A stretch of 64,000 nucleotides of DNA from an uncultured bacterium. GTDB taxonomy: Bacteria > Chloroflexota > UBA5177 > JANWHV01. Shown in pieces: positions 59,816 to 64,000 of the stretch (the stretch's first letter is position 1; each line of letters opens with the position of its first letter). The notes under the pieces were generated by a model. It did not search any database. It saw nothing but the letters and a program-made list of their open reading frames with translations, and was not told the origin of the DNA. The stretch is taken from positions 96,001 to 160,000 of the forward strand of contig CAWHAE010000017.1 of NCBI GenBank assembly GCA_963827235.1. Reading direction: 5' to 3'. The position numbers were made by a program, and so were the translations under genes.

Positions 59816-61129
59816 ATGGGAATTGACAGCCGGTTGGTGCATCGCATCGGCGCCGCAATCGCGGCACTAGTATTGGTGGGCTCCGCATTCGCCCCGATGC
59901 CCACGCACGCAACTCAGGCCCAGGACACGCCAACCGTCACAGTGTGGACCGACGCGGTCCGCTTGCCCGGTTTTCAGCTGTATCAGAAAACGCACCCCAA
60001 TGTGCATGTGGTCATCCACAGCTACATCGGCAACAACCTGATGACGAACGTTGCGCTGTGGAACCGCGCGGGCAGCGGTTGGCCCGACGTGGTCTTTGAC
60101 CAGAATCCCCAGGAAGTCGCCAACCTGAGCACTACGCAACTGCACTATACCGCCGACCTGACCAACCTGGTCCCCAAGGCGACCCTCAAGAACTTCGCGC
60201 AGACCCCGCTCAACCAGTGCGTCTTCGGCGGCAAGCTCTACTGCCTGCGCAACGATATTGCACCCAACGTGCTGTGGTACAACGCCAAACTGATGAAGCA
60301 GTTCGGCTACGCCGTGCCCACGACTTGGGAGCAGTACCAGGCGATTGGCCTCAAGGTGGCCAAGGAACACCCGGGCTACATCATCGGCTCCTTCGGCGAC
60401 AAGTTCGGTATGTGGGCCTACCTGTGGCCCGCCGGCTGCCCGCTCAACCAGATCACTGCCGTTGACACGGTGCGCATCAACACCTCGCTGCCGGTCTGCA
60501 CGAAGATGGCCCAGCTGCTGGATCCGTTGGTCGCCAACGGCAGCATGTCGACCCTGCAGCCGTTTGACCCGGCTTTCGTCAAGATCGGCGCGGCGGACAA
60601 GATCCTGATGTTCGTGGGCGCTGCCTGGTTCGGCGAGGGTATGTTCAACTCCAAGGCCAATTACAACACCCCGAAGGGCGAGATGGCGGCCGCGGCGCCG
60701 CTCAAGTGGGCTGCGGACAAAGTGGCGTACACCGGCGCCGAGGGTGGTGGCGCGTATTTCGTGTCGAGCCATGCCCAGAATATGCAGGCGGCAGTCGATG
60801 TCGCCGTCTGGATGGCCACCAGCACCCAATACCAGGGCAACAGCACCATAGACCCGGGCCTGCCTGCCTACCTGCCCGATGAGCCCCTCTGGCTGGCCGC
60901 GGTAGCCAAGGATCCGTTCTTCGCCTCTAACCCGACCCCCGTGCTCATGGCGGCTGCCAAGCAGATCGGGCCCACCTGGGGCTACGTGCGCTTCGACACC
61001 GAGACCACGTTCAACAACACCGTCATACCGCCGATCAAGTCGGGGAAAACGATCGAGTCCACCTTCGCTGCACTGCAGTCCCAGCTCACGCAGCTGGCAA
61101 AGACTGACGGTTACACGGTAACCCAGTAG
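59816..61129 (+). CDS. Carbohydrate ABC substrate-binding protein
   Basis: Signal peptide, WPDVVF, LWYNAKL, PTTWE. Confidence 0.92.
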   Translation: MGIDSRLVHRIGAAIAALVLVGSAFAPMPTHATQAQDTPTVTVWTDAVRLPGFQLYQKTHPNVHVVIHSYIGNNLMTNVALWNRAGSGWPDVVFDQNPQEVANLSTTQLHYTADLTNLVPKATLKNFAQTPLNQCVFGGKLYCLRNDIAPNVLWYNAKLMKQFGYAVPTTWEQYQAIGLKVAKEHPGYIIGSFGDKFGMWAYLWPAGCPLNQITAVDTVRINTSLPVCTKMAQLLDPLVANGSMSTLQPFDPAFVKIGAADKILMFVGAAWFGEGMFNSKANYNTPKGEMAAAAPLKWAADKVAYTGAEGGGAYFVSSHAQNMQAAVDVAVWMATSTQYQGNSTIDPGLPAYLPDEPLWLAAVAKDPFFASNPTPVLMAAAKQIGPTWGYVRFDTETTFNNTVIPPIKSGKTIESTFAALQSQLTQLAKTDGYTVTQ

Positions 61130-61143
61130 ACACCGTACGTCGG

Positions 61144-61179
61144 GGCGGCGCGCCAGGCTCTGCGGTTTGGCGCGCCGCC
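61144..61179 (+). other. Intergenic 12-bp stem-loop after the SBP gene (mRNA stabiliser or attenuator)
   Basis: GGCGGCGCGCCA ... TGGCGCGCCGCC perfect inverted repeat, no U-tract. Confidence 0.6.
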
Positions 61180-61223
61180 TTGGCCGATAGCCCGGCACGA
61201 CGAGTGCGAAGGAGCACAACGGG

Positions 61224-62129
61224 ATGATCAGTACCGAGCAAAGGCGCCCCCGAGCACACGTTCCGTGGCATGCCTATGCCTTCGTCGCACCGTACGTGCT
61301 GTTCCTGCTGGCTTTCGGCCTTGGCCCCGCGCTCTACGCGGTTTGGCTCAGCGTGACCGACACCACCGTGCCTGGGGTACGCATCACCGGCCTGGCCAAC
61401 TACTCTACCATCTGGAACGACTTCCGGCTTGCCGACGCCGCCAAGAACGTCCTGACGTATATGGCGTACTGCCTGCCCACGCTCATCGTGCTGACGCTGT
61501 TTCTCGCCCTGATGCTGCACGCGCACCCGGGTCGCTTCTCCTCCTCGATGCGCATGATCTACTACCTGCCGGGAGCGGTCACCGGCGCCGCGGCCGCGCT
61601 GGTCTGGCTGTTCATGTTCTCACCGGACGTGAGCCCCTTCTCCTGGCTGCTCAAGGGACTGGGTCTGTCTACGCGCGACGCCGTGCTGACGAACTACCTG
61701 CCTCAGGCCATAGCAGTGATGGTGCTCATGGCCGCAGTGGGCAGCTGGGTCGTGATCATGTACGGCGGGCTCAACAGCATCTCGGTCGAGATGCTCGAGG
61801 CTGCCACGGTGGACGGCTGCAACCGGATCCAGCTCGCGTTGTTCATCAAGCTCCCCAACCTCACCCGCTACATCGTCTTCATCTTCATCGTGAGCTTTGC
61901 CGGCGGCACGCAGCTCTTCGCGGAACCGCAGATCTTGTGGGGAGCCACGCAGCAGCAGGTCAGCCCGGTCTGGTCGCTCAACCAGCTTGCGTACTCCTAC
62001 GCCTTCACTGACGACAACTTCGGCAAGTCGGCCGCGATCTCCGTCGGCCTGCTTGCAGTCGGCATGGTCGCTGCGCTGCTGGTGATTTTCAAGACCAGCT
62101 TCTATCGCATTGACGCGGAAGGGAGCTGA
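61224..62129 (+). CDS. Carbohydrate ABC permease
   Basis: EMLEAATVDG motif. Confidence 0.93.
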   Translation: MISTEQRRPRAHVPWHAYAFVAPYVLFLLAFGLGPALYAVWLSVTDTTVPGVRITGLANYSTIWNDFRLADAAKNVLTYMAYCLPTLIVLTLFLALMLHAHPGRFSSSMRMIYYLPGAVTGAAAALVWLFMFSPDVSPFSWLLKGLGLSTRDAVLTNYLPQAIAVMVLMAAVGSWVVIMYGGLNSISVEMLEAATVDGCNRIQLALFIKLPNLTRYIVFIFIVSFAGGTQLFAEPQILWGATQQQVSPVWSLNQLAYSYAFTDDNFGKSAAISVGLLAVGMVAALLVIFKTSFYRIDAEGS

Positions 62130-62131
62130 GT

Positions 62132-63103
62132 GTGATGGTGCAACCATCACCGCGCGGATCCGCCGCGCCCAGCACTACCAGCTCGCTCCCTCTGCCCGGT
62201 CTCGCGCGCCGACACTGGCGACGCCTGAGACCGGCTACGGTGGCACTCACCGGGATCTGGGCCCTCGTCCTGCTGGTATGTGCCGTGTTCTTCGGGCTGC
62301 CGCTGCTCTGGCTGCTGCTGGCCCCGACCAAGACCGACGCGCAGGTCGTCAACTGGAGCCCGATCTCCTTTGGCTCATTCGGCAATATCGGCTCGGCCTG
62401 GTCGAACCTGATGGGCTACAACGACCACGAGATCCTGACCTGGCTGGGGAATTCGCTGCTCTATGCGGGGGGCGCCCTCGTACTCGTGGTTGCCTTGTGC
62501 CTGACGGCGGGCTACGCCCTCGGCACGGTGAAGTTCCGGGGCAGGTCGACGCTCCTCCTGATCACGTTGATCGCCATGATCATGCCGGCTGCAGCCCTGG
62601 TGCTGCCCGTGTTCCTGGAGATCAATGCGGTGCACCTGCAGAACACCGCGTGGTCGGTAATCCTCCCGTCTGCCTTCTATCCCTTCGGCGTCTACCTCGC
62701 CTACATCTACTTCTCTACGCAGCTACCGTCCGAGCTGCTGGCTGCCGGTCGCATCGACGGCTGTTCCGAGGCACGGCTCTTCTGGTCACTGGCACTCCCG
62801 CTCGCCAAGCCGGTCATCGCAATGGTGGCGTTCTTCTCCTTCACGTTCAACTGGCAAAACTTCTACCTGCCGTACGTCATGCTGGCCGACGACACCAAGT
62901 ACCCGCTGACCGTGGGGCTGATGTCGCTGATCCAGTCCACTCCTGCCCTGAATCCTGCCGTCGGCTCGGGCACCGGGCTGAATATCTACCGTCCCGAGAT
63001 TGCCCTTGCCGGGCTCTTCGTGGTGCTGCCAATCGCCATCATCTTCGTGTTCGCGCAGCGTTTCGTGGTGGCGGGAACTCTCTCCGGAGCGGAAAAAGGC
63101 TAG
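62132..63103 (+). CDS. Carbohydrate ABC permease
   Basis: ELLAAGRIDG motif. Confidence 0.93.
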   Translation: MMVQPSPRGSAAPSTTSSLPLPGLARRHWRRLRPATVALTGIWALVLLVCAVFFGLPLLWLLLAPTKTDAQVVNWSPISFGSFGNIGSAWSNLMGYNDHEILTWLGNSLLYAGGALVLVVALCLTAGYALGTVKFRGRSTLLLITLIAMIMPAAALVLPVFLEINAVHLQNTAWSVILPSAFYPFGVYLAYIYFSTQLPSELLAAGRIDGCSEARLFWSLALPLAKPVIAMVAFFSFTFNWQNFYLPYVMLADDTKYPLTVGLMSLIQSTPALNPAVGSGTGLNIYRPEIALAGLFVVLPIAIIFVFAQRFVVAGTLSGAEKG

Positions 63104-63104
63104 A

Positions 63105-64000
63105 ATGGGCAGAAGCGGAGCACTGCGACTTCGGTCATGGGTACGACGGCCTGAATGCCTGGTGCTGGTAACCACCGCGGGCCAGATCAAGATTGAGCCG
63201 CGCACACCGGCGATCGTGCATGTGGTGTATACCCTGGCCTCGGAGTTCAGCAGCAAGCCCAGCCTTGCGGTGCTGCCGCGCGACGTGGATACCGTCGCCT
63301 GGGACGTGGAGGAGTTGCCGGGTTCGCTCAAGCTGCGGACGGCCTGCGTTCACGTGCTCATCGACAAGGAGACGGTCGCCCTCACGTACACAGACAGGCA
63401 CGGAGCAGTTCTGGCTCGAGAGCCGCAACGCGGAGGCAAGACCCTCGTTCCCGTGGAAGTTGCTAGAACCGTGTTCGACGGATCGACGGAACTCCGCGCG
63501 GAGAACAGCGCGGACGGCATGCGGGTCAGAATGGAGCATGCACGCCAGGTCTTCGACCGCACTGCCTATCATGCCAAGCTGGAATTCGTCTGGGCAGATG
63601 ATGAAGCCCTGTACGGACTTGGCTCACATGAAGATGGCGTCATGAACCTGCGGGGTACGCATCAGTATCTGTACCAGCAGAACCTGAAGGCGGTCGTGCC
63701 AGTCCTTGTATCGACGAAGGGCTACGGCGTCTTGATGGATAGCTACTCGCTGATGACCTTCCACGACGACATGCACGGATCGTACCTCTGGACGGACGTG
63801 GACGACGAGCTCGACTTCTACTTCATTCATGGTCCCGAGCTCGACGGTATTGTGGCTGGCTATCGCACGCTGACCGGGCAAGCCCCGATGCTGCCGAAGT
63901 GGGCCTTTGGCTACATACAGTCCAAGGAACGCTACACATCCCAACAGGAGCTGATCTCGGTCGCGCGCGAGTATCGCGATCGCAAGATCCCGCTCGACGC
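63105..64000 (+). CDS. GH31 glycoside hydrolase (alpha-xylosidase-like), runs off window end
   Basis: My translation is open to the end: EALYGLG, PVLVSTKGYG, YRTLTGQAPMLPKWAFGYIQSKERY..KIPLD; absent from the ORF track because it has no stop. Confidence 0.9.
   Translation, partial: MGRSGALRLRSWVRRPECLVLVTTAGQIKIEPRTPAIVHVVYTLASEFSSKPSLAVLPRDVDTVAWDVEELPGSLKLRTACVHVLIDKETVALTYTDRHGAVLAREPQRGGKTLVPVEVARTVFDGSTELRAENSADGMRVRMEHARQVFDRTAYHAKLEFVWADDEALYGLGSHEDGVMNLRGTHQYLYQQNLKAVVPVLVSTKGYGVLMDSYSLMTFHDDMHGSYLWTDVDDELDFYFIHGPELDGIVAGYRTLTGQAPMLPKWAFGYIQSKERYTSQQELISVAREYRDRKIPLD

Noticed and set aside
1-64000. CRISPR array, rRNA, tRNA, integrase or phage genes
   Set aside because: None seen; the repeated elements are dispersed promoters and gene duplicates, not regularly spaced arrays.

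Overview
High-GC bacterial DNA, probably Chloroflexota-like. This is inferred from the DnaK sequence style and a large secreted protein with WYLAEG-type C-terminal repeats. About 0.9-54 kb is a patchwork general-stress/dormancy island. It holds a LEA-like protein, Hsp20, dnaK-dnaJ-MerR, a deleted groEL, six PRC-barrel-type genes, DUF5335-like pairs, USPs, CDGSH, hemerythrin, VIT1, CDF, glgB, glgP, an orphan GAF/PAS histidine kinase, an ECF sigma factor, an amino-acid decarboxylase/antiporter pair and a GH130 sugar-ABC operon, with many internal duplications and remnants. The most striking signal is regulatory. About 16 intergenic regions share one promoter architecture: a 22-bp pseudo-palindrome (ideal TAGnnnGAG-N4-CTCnnnCTA) 3-4 bp upstream of TTGAC[AGT]-N17-(GCC)CATACT. 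A second, oppositely oriented box often lies 31-32 bp further upstream. This suggests an uncharacterised activator-controlled regulon whose regulator is not encoded in the window. The last ~10 kb are gene fragments followed by a LacI/enolase-family/ABC/GH31 sugar locus. Family calls come from motif recognition only; no database searches were run.
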